A stretch of 59,013 nt of DNA, the filler included, from Dugesia japonica (lineage: Eukaryota), in assembly GCA_001938525.1 (NCBI GenBank). It is 6 parts of 6 records of this genome, joined end to end, with 100 filler letters (N's around TTAATTAATTAA, not from the genome) between each part and the next. Parts side by side here need not be neighbours in the genome. Positions count along the whole stretch, not along the records: positions 32,605 to 41,297 come from MQRL01506489.1; positions 41,398 to 50,422 come from MQRL01580971.1; positions 50,523 to 59,013 come from MQRL01611073.1; 3 more parts are not named here. One strand, given 5' to 3'. Both the position numbers and the translations under genes were made by a program. Position 1 is the stretch's first letter. The number at the start of each line of letters is the position of its first letter. The notes beneath the pieces were generated by a model. That model saw only the letters and a program-made list of their open reading frames with translations, had not been told where the DNA came from and made no database searches. Of the stretch, positions 39,450-50,799 are shown one piece after another.

Positions 39450-39890
39450 TTTATGAAATAAATTATAACTAGATAAGATAGATAAGTTTAGTTACGTATT
39501 AACTATTCCATATTTGGAAGGATTTAAACAATTTAAGAGTGGGTTGTTAAAATGTAGAAATAAATCTTTAAATTTTAAAATTGCTTCGCAATCATTAAAA
39601 ATCATAAATATGTTTAAATATTAATAATAAGTCTAATTGTGTTTTGATCTTGTTTATAAATATGAATGTAATTAGTGTAATGCCACATACAACGTAGAGA
39701 CTTCTCGTCATCTCTTTACAAGAATTCAAGAGCATCGTCGAGTTAGTAGTAGAAGTAATATTACTGAACATAATATTAGTTGTAAATCAGTTGTCAATAT
39801 AATTAATTTTAAGATGTTATGCAAAAACTTTAAAGTTTATTGAGAGAGAGTTATGTGTGAAGCCTTAATGATTAACTCAATTGATCATCT
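39450..39890 (+). pseudogene. Penelope-like element GIY-YIG endonuclease remnant
   Basis: VYKYECN*CNATY..ETSRHLFTRIQEH...EH...F.ML...EALMI. Confidence 0.7.
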
Positions 39891-40329
39891 TACTTTTTTT
39901 CAAACAAATTTTGTTGTTTAATTAGTTTTCTAAATTTCTTATGTTAAAATAATTATGTCTCATCAGAATAAAAAAAATGTTATCAACACTTCTTTGCATA
40001 ATACATAATTTACTAAAAATGTGTACATTTTATGAATTAATATTTTGACTATAAAAGACAAATTAATCTGCCATACAATTGTGAGATATGATAAATGAAC
40101 TTGTATATTTGTCTGAGTAAAATTGACAATGGTATATGATAATGTATGTATGCATGGTTTTGTGTGATGTTTAATGTTCAAAATTATTTTTAATCAAATA
40201 TTTTTGAGTTATATATTTATTTCTCAAGTATTTTATTGTACCTGATTGGTATAAATAATGATGTTAAATCTGATTTTTAAATTCTTTATTAAATTAACAT
40301 TTTTTTCTATTTGTTAAGCAAAGAATAAA

Positions 40330-41075
40330 TTAAGCAAACGAATTATATATTTAAGATATTGTATCTGACTCACCAAGCTATTTAAAACCGTTTACAAGAT
40401 ATAGGAAAGATTAAGAAGGAAGAAAAGTGGGTGTCCTATAAATTAACAGAAAGAAACAAACATAAGTTAAAAATCATTTAGTTAATTTTTGATTGAAAAT
40501 AATTAAAGAAAGTTAAAAAAGAAAGATAAAAAATGGATTTAGCTTGCTAATCCTAAGCGTAAAAGATCGCAAAATGATACTGGCCAGCCAAAAGAGTATA
40601 CCCAAAGAATGCAATTTTCATGGGGAAAATGTGTTATTCTATGGAATCAAAAAGGTATTATGTACTAAGAACTACTAAAACTAGAAGAAATAGTAACTGA
40701 CCATCAAAATAAACATCTAACAATGAAATTAAATCATGAACTCACAGCAAAACGACTAAAATGAGCTGCCAGTCATTGAAAAGTAATCTTGCTGCATAAC
40801 AACGACCGGATTCATGTTTGAAAAAAAGCTGAAATGGGAAGTTTCATTACATCCGTTTTACTCACCAGACATTACCACTCACCGTTGGATTACCACTTCC
40901 GATCGATTTAATACTGTTTGTTGGATCACAGCTTCACGAATTATGAAGATGTGAAATTATAGCTAAATGATTGGAATGCTTCGAAACAAGATCAATTCTT
41001 CCATTATAAAATTCATAAATTGCGCAAAATATAGGAAAATTTTAATATTAATGATGGAAATCATTCGAAATAAAA
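40330..41075 (+). pseudogene. Mariner transposase remnant
   Basis: KWVSYKL, VILLHNN, WEV..HPFYSPDI and DYHFRS motifs. Confidence 0.85.
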
Positions 41076-41297
41076 ATTTACCTTGACATTTTCATTGTCA
41101 TTAGAATAAAAGCTTCGATCAAACTTTTTTTGTTTTTGATAATAATTCTAATTTCCGACTTTGTCTTCTTCAGGAATTAAATTTTTAATAAAAGAAATTC
41201 AATTTGATTATTATTGAATTGATTTTTTTTAAAAAATGTTTTAAATTTTTCTTAATTTTAAAAATTAAAAAACTTTATTTCTACTGTAAATTAAACA

Positions 41298-41397
41298 NNN
41301 NNNNNNNNNNNNNNNNNNNNNNNNNNNNNNNNNNNNNNNNNTTAATTAATTAANNNNNNNNNNNNNNNNNNNNNNNNNNNNNNNNNNNNNNNNNNNN
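41298..41397. other. Artificial contig linker
   Basis: N44-TTAATTAATTAA-N44. Confidence 0.97.
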
Positions 41398-41507
41398 GTT
41401 TAATTTTCATTTATTTTAACACTTAATTAATTAATATTTTTCTTATAATTAAATGTTTTATTAGATATTTTATTTTCTTCTTATTATAATAATTTATAAT
41501 TTCTTCT

Positions 41508-42254
41508 AATTGATTTAGAATAGATGAATGCTGGTTTAATTACCCGGTTTTATTTTCACTTGCTTTTCGTATTTTTGTTCATCCACTAATTGATTTCCAA
41601 CATGGTTTTATTCTTCTTATTTTAACCATCTTTGGTGTATTTTTCATCTGTATTTATGATTCTTTTCCTTCTTTTACCATTTTATAATTTGTGGCGGTTG
41701 TGCCTTCTCTTAAGTGGTGTTTCATCCCAACATTATAAATTGAAAAATTGTGTAACAGTTTGTTTAATTTTATTATATAACTAGGAACATCACATAAATA
41801 TTTATAAATATTTCCAACTCCTGTTTTATTAGCAGTTGCTAATTTAGAATTTTCTGGGNNNNNNNNNNNNNNNNNNNNNNNNNNNNNNNNNNNNNNNNNN
41901 NNNNNNNNATTGATTTAGAATAGATGGATACTGGTTTAATTACCCGGTTTTATTTTCACTTGCTTTTCGTATTTTTGTTCATGCACTAATTGATTTCCAA
42001 CCTGATTTTATTCTTCTTATTTTAACCATCTTTGGTGTATTTTTCATCTGTATTCTTTTCCTTTTACCATTTTATAATTTGTGGCGGCTTTGCCTTTTCT
42101 TTAGTGGTGTTTCATCCCAACATTATTATAAATTGAAAATTGTGTAACAGTGTGTTTAATGTTATTATTATATAACTAGGAACATCACATTAATATTTAT
42201 AAATATTTCCAACTCCTGTTTTATTAGCAGTTGCTTATTTAGAATTTTCTGGGG
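41508..42254. repeat. Near-identical duplication of about 350 bp across a gap (41508-41858 / 41909-42254)
   Basis: Direct comparison shows only a few SNPs and indels. Confidence 0.9.
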
Positions 42255-42285
42255 TTGCGTAGTTTTTAATTAATTTTTTTGTAAT

Positions 42286-42920
42286 TCAAATTTTTGATTC
42301 GATTATTTTGTCAATATTTATTCTGTCGTGTTGAAATGGCCCTCCATCTGGTAACAAANCATGTATGAACAGAAGTATACCATTTTCCAGAAGTAATAGA
42401 TTGGTTTGTGAATTTATTGTTCCACCTTGCACTCTGTACAATGTCGAAAAGCCATTCATTGAAAAAGCACCCAAAATATTGTAGTTGCCTCTACTTTGAC
42501 TTTCATTGATAATAAGGCATTCATCAGCGTAGCGTTCTCCAAGGTCGACGAACGTGTTGTGTGTGGTTTTTCGCACTCATCACTGAATTCCACGTGTGAC
42601 TAATCATCTGATGTCCAAAGAAAGTGATGGTACGCACACTCCTTTCTCGGGTTTTGCATTCTTTCATTAAGTTTTGATTTCCTTGCAGGTATGTAGGTTT
42701 GATTCCACTTTTTCTTATAGTGTTTTGGAGTCTATTTTCAAGCCGCCAGACGTAATATTCGGGTAAATGATATTATATACGTTATGGTTTTGAATTGTTA
42801 TCTTGTTTTGGTAACAGATTACGAATTTCCAGAAGATCTTAAGCTGGGTAGTTCCTTGAGGGTATTCAATCGCTCCCATTTATTTATCTTTCGTAAAATC
42901 TTAATGGTTAGAGTTTTTGT
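42286..42920 (-). pseudogene. Tc1-like DDE transposase remnant
   Basis: PARKSKL...SHVEFSDE...GAFSMNG...GTINS...FQHD. Confidence 0.7.
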
Positions 42921-43315
42921 CTTTAAAGCTTTATTTTCAGATTGCATATTCTCGTAATTGCTTATGAAAGTATTTAGTTTGATACTGTCTATTTTTGCGA
43001 GTTTATTGCATACTTTCGAGATCCTACAGCTTATTTCAGACGTAATAGTTTTCAATTTCATCTTTGAAATTGGTTTAATTTTAAAACTATGGATTTTCTC
43101 TGTATTAATCTGACTTGGTATTTCTATCGGATTCTTTGCTAGTGAGCTTATTTTGTTTAGAATGTCGCTGGATTCTTCTATTTTATTGGCGCAAGATTGA
43201 ATAAGTAGGTTGAAGTTATCTGTGATCTTTTCATAATCGTTAATATTNNNNNNNNNNNNNNNNNNNNNNNNNNNNNNNNNNNNNNNNNNNNNNNNNNNNN
43301 NNNNNNNNNNNNNNN

Positions 43316-44876
43316 CTGTGTGGACCATCTAGGTATTCCGTAAATTCCTTATGGTTTTGCAATAGTACATTGGCAAGGGAAACGTCTTGATCCTTAATGT
43401 TGTTTAAGAGGATGTTTATTAAGTGCATTCTTAAAAGTTTTATTGGTGTAATTTTTCCTGCAAGTTCTGTTTTAACCTTAACTATGATTGATTACAGTAC
43501 TATTTTTTGTTTTTAGTTTTTTGTTAATAGTAAATAGTTAGAGACACACATTTGTGTGTGATTACGTAAGTGATTTGGAAAATTAGAAATTTAAATAGGT
43601 GACGAACAAAATTTCTGTGCGATTACATAACTTTTGCTCGTACTTTTGTGCGTTGAGTAATTTCAATTTTTTCAAAATTTTTGGATTTTTTCAAATTTAT
43701 CTTCTTATCTCGAAAAATTCATCGTTTAAAGCAACTGTTCGATTCGATAATCTAAAAGTTTTTGTTTCTTGATCCACAAATACTCCAAACTGAATTTTTA
43801 CTTTCTTCATTTCATCAATTATCTCAAATAATCTCTGCACTAAAGAATCAGGTAGAATCATTAAATGGGTATATAAAAGAATAAAGTAATGAGGTTATTT
43901 TTCAAACATTAATATGGTATTATTATAAAAATTTGGTAATAAATTAAGAAAATAAATTTAAAATCAATATATGTAAAAATTTAAAAGCAATAAATAAATT
44001 CCAACATCTTTTAAAATTATTCACTTAATTGCTTGATAAGCTGTTGCCATTGGCATGAATTCCGTTGTTATGCATCATATNNNNNNNNNNNNNNNNNNNN
44101 NNNNNNNNNNNNNNNNNNNNNNNNNNNNNNCTGTGTGGACCATCTAGGTATTCCGTAAATTCCTTATGGTTTTGCAATAGTACATTGGCAAGGGAAACGT
44201 CTTGATCCTTAATGTTGTTTAAGAGGATGTTTATTAAGTGCATTCTTAAAAGTTTTGTTGATGTAATTTTTCCTGCAAGTTCTGTTTTAATCTTAACTAT
44301 GATTGATTACAGTACTTGTTTTTTGTTAATAGTAAATAGGTAGAGGCACACATTTGTGTGTGATTACGTAAGTGATTTAGAAAATTAGAAATTTAAATAG
44401 GCGACGAACAAAATTTATGTGCGATTACATAACTTGCTCGTACTTTTGTGCGTTGAGTAATTTCAATTTTTTCAAAATTTTTGGATTTTTTCAAATTTAT
44501 CTTATCTCGAAAAATTCATCGTTTAAAGCAACTGTTCGATTCGATAATCTACAAGTTTTTGTTTCTTGATCCACATATACTCCAAACTGAATTTTTACTT
44601 TCTTCATTTCATCAATTATCTCAAATAATCTCTGCACTAAAGAATCAGGTAGAATCATTAAATGGGTATATAAAAGAATAAAGTAATGAGGTTATTTTTC
44701 AAACATTAATATGGTATTATTATAAAAATTTGGTAATAAATTAAGAAAATAAATTTAAAATCAATTTATGTAAAAATATAAAAGCAATAAATAAATTCCA
44801 ACCTCTTTTAAAATTATTCACTTAATTGCTTGATAAGCTGTTNCCATTGGCATGAATTCCGTTGTTATGCATCATA
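43316..44876. repeat. Near-identical duplication of about 760 bp across a gap (43316-44080 / 44131-44876)
   Basis: Direct comparison; the same MHLINILL ORF appears twice. Confidence 0.92.
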
Positions 44877-46147
44877 TTTCTTTTCATAATGTTATCATTG
44901 TTCTAAAAATTTTAATTAAATTAAAATTAACTTATAAATAAAATTTACTTCCATTAGGGTTTTATTTATATTGTTTGTATTCATGTTTAGTATATGTAAA
45001 ATAAATATTTTTTCAAGAGAAATAATAAACTTACTTATATTGATTTGGAGTTATGGTAAAATAATGTATGTACTTCGTTTATATATATAGTAATTACCAC
45101 ACATAAACATGGCATTTTTTTTACTGTTACACACAGAAAACATGTGGCAATTTATGTAATCAATTTCGTGACAATTTATCAAAAATAAAAGATAAAAGCA
45201 CGAGTTACTATATTAAGTAATAAATATTTCATCTAGGAGATGTAAACATTAAAATACATAAATAACAAAACTATATTAATATACAATAAATAAAAATTAC
45301 AACTAATTTCAAACTAAAATTTATTCATTGTTTTCCTTATTTTGTACATGACATCATTCCAATTATAGTTTTGAAAACAACATTATTATTAAGATTATTA
45401 ATTAAAAATTCTTTACAAAAACCTTTCAATGATTATCTTCCAAATATTCTCGTAATGATTGATTTTTAACATTCATTTTTAATATTTTCTTTTTTATAAT
45501 GCTATTTTAAAATACTTATTACAATGAAAAACAAAATTAATGTAATTAAACAAACCACTACCATTCAAGAAATATTTGATTTTACATAGATTTATTTAAA
45601 TTCTAATAAGAATGTTCTAGAATCATTTGTTTTACTGTATTAATATTATTATAGTTACACATTTCTTCCAAACATATATATAAATCGACACTTTTAGTCA
45701 TTATTCATTATTTAAAAATGCAAGTTAGAAAAGAAAATGCTTCAACTGTTGATGTCAAATGTGGAAAACACAAAACAATTATAAATATGAAATGGTTTTC
45801 CTAAGGAAATCATTAATATATACATTTCAAGTACTATTTTATTCATCATCAACTAGTATTATCAGCCACATTAACTTTGAAATTGTTGAGATAATCTTGA
45901 TAATTCAATGATAAACAATTTTTGGTTTCTTCTATAATCTTTGGAATCTTGGAACTTCGATGACATTTCACGAAAGTTATTATGAATTCATCATCATCAG
46001 TGATATTATATTGATTGCATGGATCCAACTGTTTCATCATTTCTTTTTGTGTTTCTGTCAACATTTTTCTTTTATGACATGATGATAATTTGATTTAGTT
46101 TATATAGTTTAAAACACCCAATCAAAAATAATATTGAATCTGACTGG

Positions 46148-46595
46148 TTAATAATCATGAATCAAACTTTTAAAATCTTTTCTTATTTCTTCAACTAATG
46201 ACTGATAATAAAATGTTTTGATACCAACTAATACAATCTTTCCACTTGAAAATACATTAACACATTGGATCATATTATCCAAGACGTAAGTCTTGAAATA
46301 AATCAGGTTCATACATACATTTGATTTTTCTTGCTAAATCACATAAATTAAAAGATGGTTTTAAACTGATTACAATTGTTAGCGACTGTAGTTGAATATT
46401 TTTGATATCGTATTGCAATTTCTTTGGTTTTATTGGCTTCATACATACCATAATTCTACAGTTTCCGGTTTGGAAGAATACGATCGTATACTTGCCAGTT
46501 TTCTCCCCAACTTGAGGTGGTTTTCCTTTTGGAAATTTCATTTTGTTGACGACTTCTTAATCCACTTTCCTTCTATAATTAATATTTGCAATCAT
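46148..46595 (-). pseudogene. TATA-binding-protein-like gene, copy 1
   Basis: MIANINY...TIVFFQTGNCRIM (repeat 1); FNLCDLA...MYEPDLFQDL...VNVFSSGKIVLVG (repeat 2), matching TBP YEPELFPGL and IFxSGKxVxxG; two stops and one frameshift. Confidence 0.75.
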
Positions 46596-46627
46596 TATTT
46601 ATGACTAAAAGATTTTCAAAAAGGGTA

Positions 46628-46643
46628 TTTATACATGTATAAA
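46628..46643. promoter_or_regulatory. Back-to-back TATA boxes (palindrome TTTATACATGTATAAA), putative bidirectional promoter
   Basis: Perfect 16-bp palindrome between the divergent TBP-like and ATPase starts; conserved at 47365-47380. Confidence 0.6.
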
Positions 46644-46686
46644 CAATAATAATTAAAGTGATACGTTTAAACAAGCATAAATTATA

Positions 46687-47070
46687 ATCGAATTAAGAAA
46701 TGATGCAGTCTATCAAGTTATTGGTCCAAGTGGTAGTGGAAAAACTCTGTTTGTTTGCAAATTGTTGAAATCATATTTATTCAAGTCAAAATTCAACAAA
46801 ATATATTGGCATATAAGAGCAGATGAGGNNNNNNNNNNNNNNNTGAATTCAGTGGTATAAAAATGACTAATATAAATGGATTCGATGAAAATTGGAACAA
46901 GAGATGATATGTATCACGAAGCAAACAAGGAAAAAGACTAATAATTTATTCATAAAGATATAGAGACATTCATCTATTTCATCAAGGTGGTGATCATAGA
47001 ACTCGTAATTTGAATGTTCAATACTTGGTTATATTCAAAAATCCAAGAGATCAAACTGTTGTTGATAAAT
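46687..47070 (+). pseudogene. A32/FtsK-like DNA packaging ATPase, copy 1 (internally deleted)
   Basis: YQVIGPSGSGKT Walker A; RTRNLNVQYLVIFKNPRD. Confidence 0.85.
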
Positions 47071-47134
47071 GTCTAAATTTACTAAAGTGTTAGTTGATCC
47101 AGAAAGGATTAATCAAACCAAGAAAGTCAACAAT

Positions 47135-47333
47135 GACTATTCTGGATATTATACTTTAAATCCTTTGATCTTATTGGTTTCTTACAACCCATGATTCTAC
47201 AACTTCCTCATTGAAAGAAAACAAGGTTATGCTTGTCTGTTTTCTCTACTACTTGAGAAGATTTTCCACCTGAAAATCTCATTTTTCTGGTTCCTTGATC
47301 AAAATTTCCTCTGTAATTAATATTTCCAATCAT
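47135..47333 (-). pseudogene. TBP-like gene, copy 2 (N-terminal half only)
   Basis: MIGNINYRGNFD...NLVFFQ*GSCRIMGCKKP. Confidence 0.65.
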
Positions 47334-47364
47334 TATTTACGAATAATTAATTTTCAAACTGGTA

Positions 47365-47380
47365 TTTATACCTGTATAAA
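47365..47380. promoter_or_regulatory. Back-to-back TATA boxes, copy 2 (TTTATACCTGTATAAA)
   Basis: One mismatch from copy 1; spacing to both start codons matches within 1 nt. Confidence 0.55.
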
Positions 47381-47424
47381 CAATTATTAATTCAATTGAT
47401 ACTTTTAAACAAGTATAAATTATA

Positions 47425-48007
47425 ATGGAATTAAGAAATTATGCTGTTTATCAAATTGTTGGACCAAGTGGTAGTGGGAAAACTTTGTTTGTGTGAAAAT
47501 TATTGAAATCAAACTTATTAAAATCNNNNNNNNNNNNNNNNNNNNNNNNNNNNNNNNNNNNNNNNNNNCATGCAATGACTCAATCAGCATTTTGCGATAT
47601 AAAAATGACAATTATTAATGGATTTGATGACAATGTGATTGTTGTTGATGATTTATACCAAGAAGCTAATAAGCAAAAGGACTTTAAATATTAATTCTCA
47701 AAAATATCAAGACATTGTGGTGTTACTGTGATAGTTATTAAACAAAATATATGTCACCAAGGTGAGGATCATAGAACACGTAATTTAAATGTTCAATATT
47801 TGGTTATATTTAAAATTCAGAGAGATTAAATTGTTGTTGATTTTCTTGCAAGACAAGCGTATCCAAATAATCGACAAATTCGATTGGATTCCTTTAAAAA
47901 TGCAACAGCAATGCTTCATGGTTATATTTTCCTTGATTTTACGCAGCAATGTTCTGATGATCTTAGAGTTCGAACTGATATTTTCAATCCAAATGGTGTT
48001 ACAGTCT
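47425..48007 (+). pseudogene. A32/FtsK-like DNA packaging ATPase, copy 2
   Basis: GPSGSGKT, VIVVDD (Walker B), SRH, QN, NVQYLVIFK and HGYIFLDF motifs; stops and frameshifts. Confidence 0.88.
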
Positions 48008-48159
48008 NNNNNNNNNNNNNNNNNNNNNNNNNNNNNNNNNNNNNNNNNNNNNNNNNNTAAACAATAAAATGTAAGTTGATTATTTCTTACGAAATGTCTA
48101 AATTTTCTAAAATTTTAGTAGATCCTCATACAATTAAACTGGTTAATAATCACATGACT

Positions 48160-49540
48160 AATCAATATGTGTATTTAAATGACTTTATTGAGTATTTTGT
48201 GTGTATTATATTAATATATAGAGTATGTTATGTGTGTATTATAACATTTTATTGCGTTAATTATGTATATTTATATATCTATTTAAATACTTATATTTAT
48301 ATTATGTATATAGTTATTATAGGGTTTTATCTGTCATTATAGGGTTTTATATAAGCATTTTGATCAAATTTTTCGAAATTAAATAGATTTCTTTTTAATC
48401 TTTTAAATCTTTTTAATATAATAATTATCTTTTCAAACCTAACATAAATGTCAATAGAGTCTAACAAAAAAGCCCCAATAGAGCTTCATACACAGTAAAC
48501 TATTAGATATTATACATACAATACACTCAATGAAGTCAGTAGATTCATACATACATTAAACAATGTAGAGTCATATAATACATACAAGAAATCTAATAGA
48601 GGGATATAATACACACGATAAACCCAATAAAATTCATAAAATACACATTAAACCTCATGAAATCATATAATACACATACCTACAATTAACCCGATAAATT
48701 CAAAAAATATACATAATTAACGCAATATAATGTTATAATGCACACATAACATACTCTTTATATTCATATAATACACACAAAATACTCAATAAAGTCACTT
48801 AAATACACAGAATAAACCTAATACATACAATAAACCAAATATTGTTATATAATATGTAAAATAAACTTCATAAAGACATATAATACATAATAAACTAAAT
48901 ATAGTCATATAATACACAAAATAAATCCATTAAAACATACAATACACAAAATTAATTAATAGAGTCAATAATTATACACAAATAACTCAATCGCACTAGT
49001 TAAAATCATATTATAAACTCCATACTTACAGTTATATGCGTATAATAAATCCAATATAGTCATATAATACACATATTGGATTATATGTGTATATACATAC
49101 AGATATCCTCAATGAAGTCACTTAAATACACATAAATAACTTAATATAGTCTTATACATAGAAAGCCAATTAGTCTTATACACTAAATCCTATAGGGTTA
49201 TATATTACACATATTTAACGCAATAAAACCATATAATAAATCATATAAAGTCAATTAATACACATAATTAACCTGATAGGGTCTTAAAATACACATAATT
49301 ATCTCAATATATTACTATAATACACATATTTAACCGTCTAGAGTAATAGTATACACACAATGAATCCTATAAAGTCTTATAATACAAGCAGTAAACCAAA
49401 GAGAGTCTTATACATATACGAAACCAATGGGTATTATAAATAAAAAACCAATAAGTCTTATACACATAATAAACCTAAATATTTCTTATACACATGAAAC
49501 TAATGGGTCTTATACACACTAACTAACTAATCTTATACAT
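48160..49540. repeat. Degenerate minisatellite of about 30 bp with an internal inversion
   Basis: ataatacaca and aaacccaata-like motifs recur about every 30 nt; 48168-48272 is the reverse complement of about 48706-48808. Confidence 0.75.
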
Positions 49541-50422
49541 TTAAATAATAATAATAATTTTATGTGAATTTAAACAAAAGAATTGTAAAGTTTAGAGTGA
49601 AAGTTCAAGCTAAATGTGCGAAAATTCACAGTATATTTTAATATGTACACATCTGAAAAAGGTAGTGAAGAAACAAAAAACGTATTTAAAAAAACTTAAA
49701 CTTTTTTGTTTTTAATAAAGTTAAATTCTTTTCTGATCATTCAGGCGTTGAATATTTCAGTTGAATAAATGAAAGTCAAAAGGTTTNNNNNNNNNNNNNN
49801 NNNNNNNNNNNNNNNNNNNNNNNNNNNNNNNNNNNNNNNNNNNNNNNNNNNNNNNNNNNNNNNNNNNNNNNNNNNNNNNNNNNNNNNNNNNNNNNNNNNN
49901 NNNNNNNNNNNNNNNNNNNNNNNNNNNNNNNNNNNNNNNNNNNNNNNNNNNNNNNNNNNNNNNNNNNNNATCTTTTTTAAGTTAAAAAATTACATTTAAA
50001 TAATAATGTTTCTATATATAGTGAGAATATAAATGAAAATAATGTGTAACTCTCTAAAATTCTTACGGTCATGCGTGAAGAGAGAAAATTCATATACTTA
50101 TATAAAAAATATCTGAGGCTCATTATTTCATGCGAATCTAATGGAAATTAATAAGGTATGAATAATTGGAGATATTACGATTAAAACTAATAAATAAATG
50201 AATTGTTTACATTAATGTGTGAAATTTCACACCTTAAAAATATTTAAATTAATAATAATAATAATAATGATTTCATAGAGGAATGCTAAATGCGTAANAT
50301 TTNAAATTTTTCATGAACTCATATTTGAAGTGTAATAATTCACATGCTTAAAAACAAATATACACGCAAAGATGTAAAAACTCACATTTAAAAAATTCGA
50401 GCATTTAAATAATAAATAATAC

Positions 50423-50522
50423 NNNNNNNNNNNNNNNNNNNNNNNNNNNNNNNNNNNNNNNNNNNNTTAATTAATTAANNNNNNNNNNNNNNNNNNNNNN
50501 NNNNNNNNNNNNNNNNNNNNNN
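50423..50522. other. Artificial contig linker
   Basis: N44-TTAATTAATTAA-N44. Confidence 0.97.
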
Positions 50523-50540
50523 TTAAAGTTCAAAATAATT

Positions 50541-50736
50541 CATGGTAACCACAATGACCTTGACCTACTTTTTTGAAATGACCTTGACCTAGTTTCAGTT
50601 GCTAAGTACGGTTGCCATGGTAACCAATAACCCAGATACCATTGCTAAGGCGGTTACCATGGTAACGACCTTGGCCTACATTGGTTGCCATGGCAACGGT
50701 TACCATGGCAACGGGGGGTCCCCCCCTCTTGACCTA
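50541..50736. promoter_or_regulatory. Cluster of RFX X-box palindromes and TGACCTTGACCT (DR0) motifs
   Basis: GTTRCCATGGYAAC at 50611, 50653, 50684 and 50699; TGACCTTGACCT at 50555 and 50579. The motifs are certain; a regulatory function is not. Confidence 0.5.
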
Positions 50737-50799
50737 CTTTGTCCTCGTGTCCTCCTATCTATCTACTTATGTAGTGAGTAAATATCCAAATTTCATGGA

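Noticed and set aside
41508-44876. Tandem duplications of about 350 and 760 bp as biological amplification
   Set aside because: Each pair is near-identical and split by a gap, so uncollapsed haplotypes are at least as likely.
48400-49540. CRISPR-like array
   Set aside because: Degenerate contiguous units with no constant repeat and unique spacer structure; eukaryotic context with no cas genes.
50599-50781. ORF with repeated VAMVT / GCHGNG peptides
   Set aside because: Merely a translation of the X-box palindromes.
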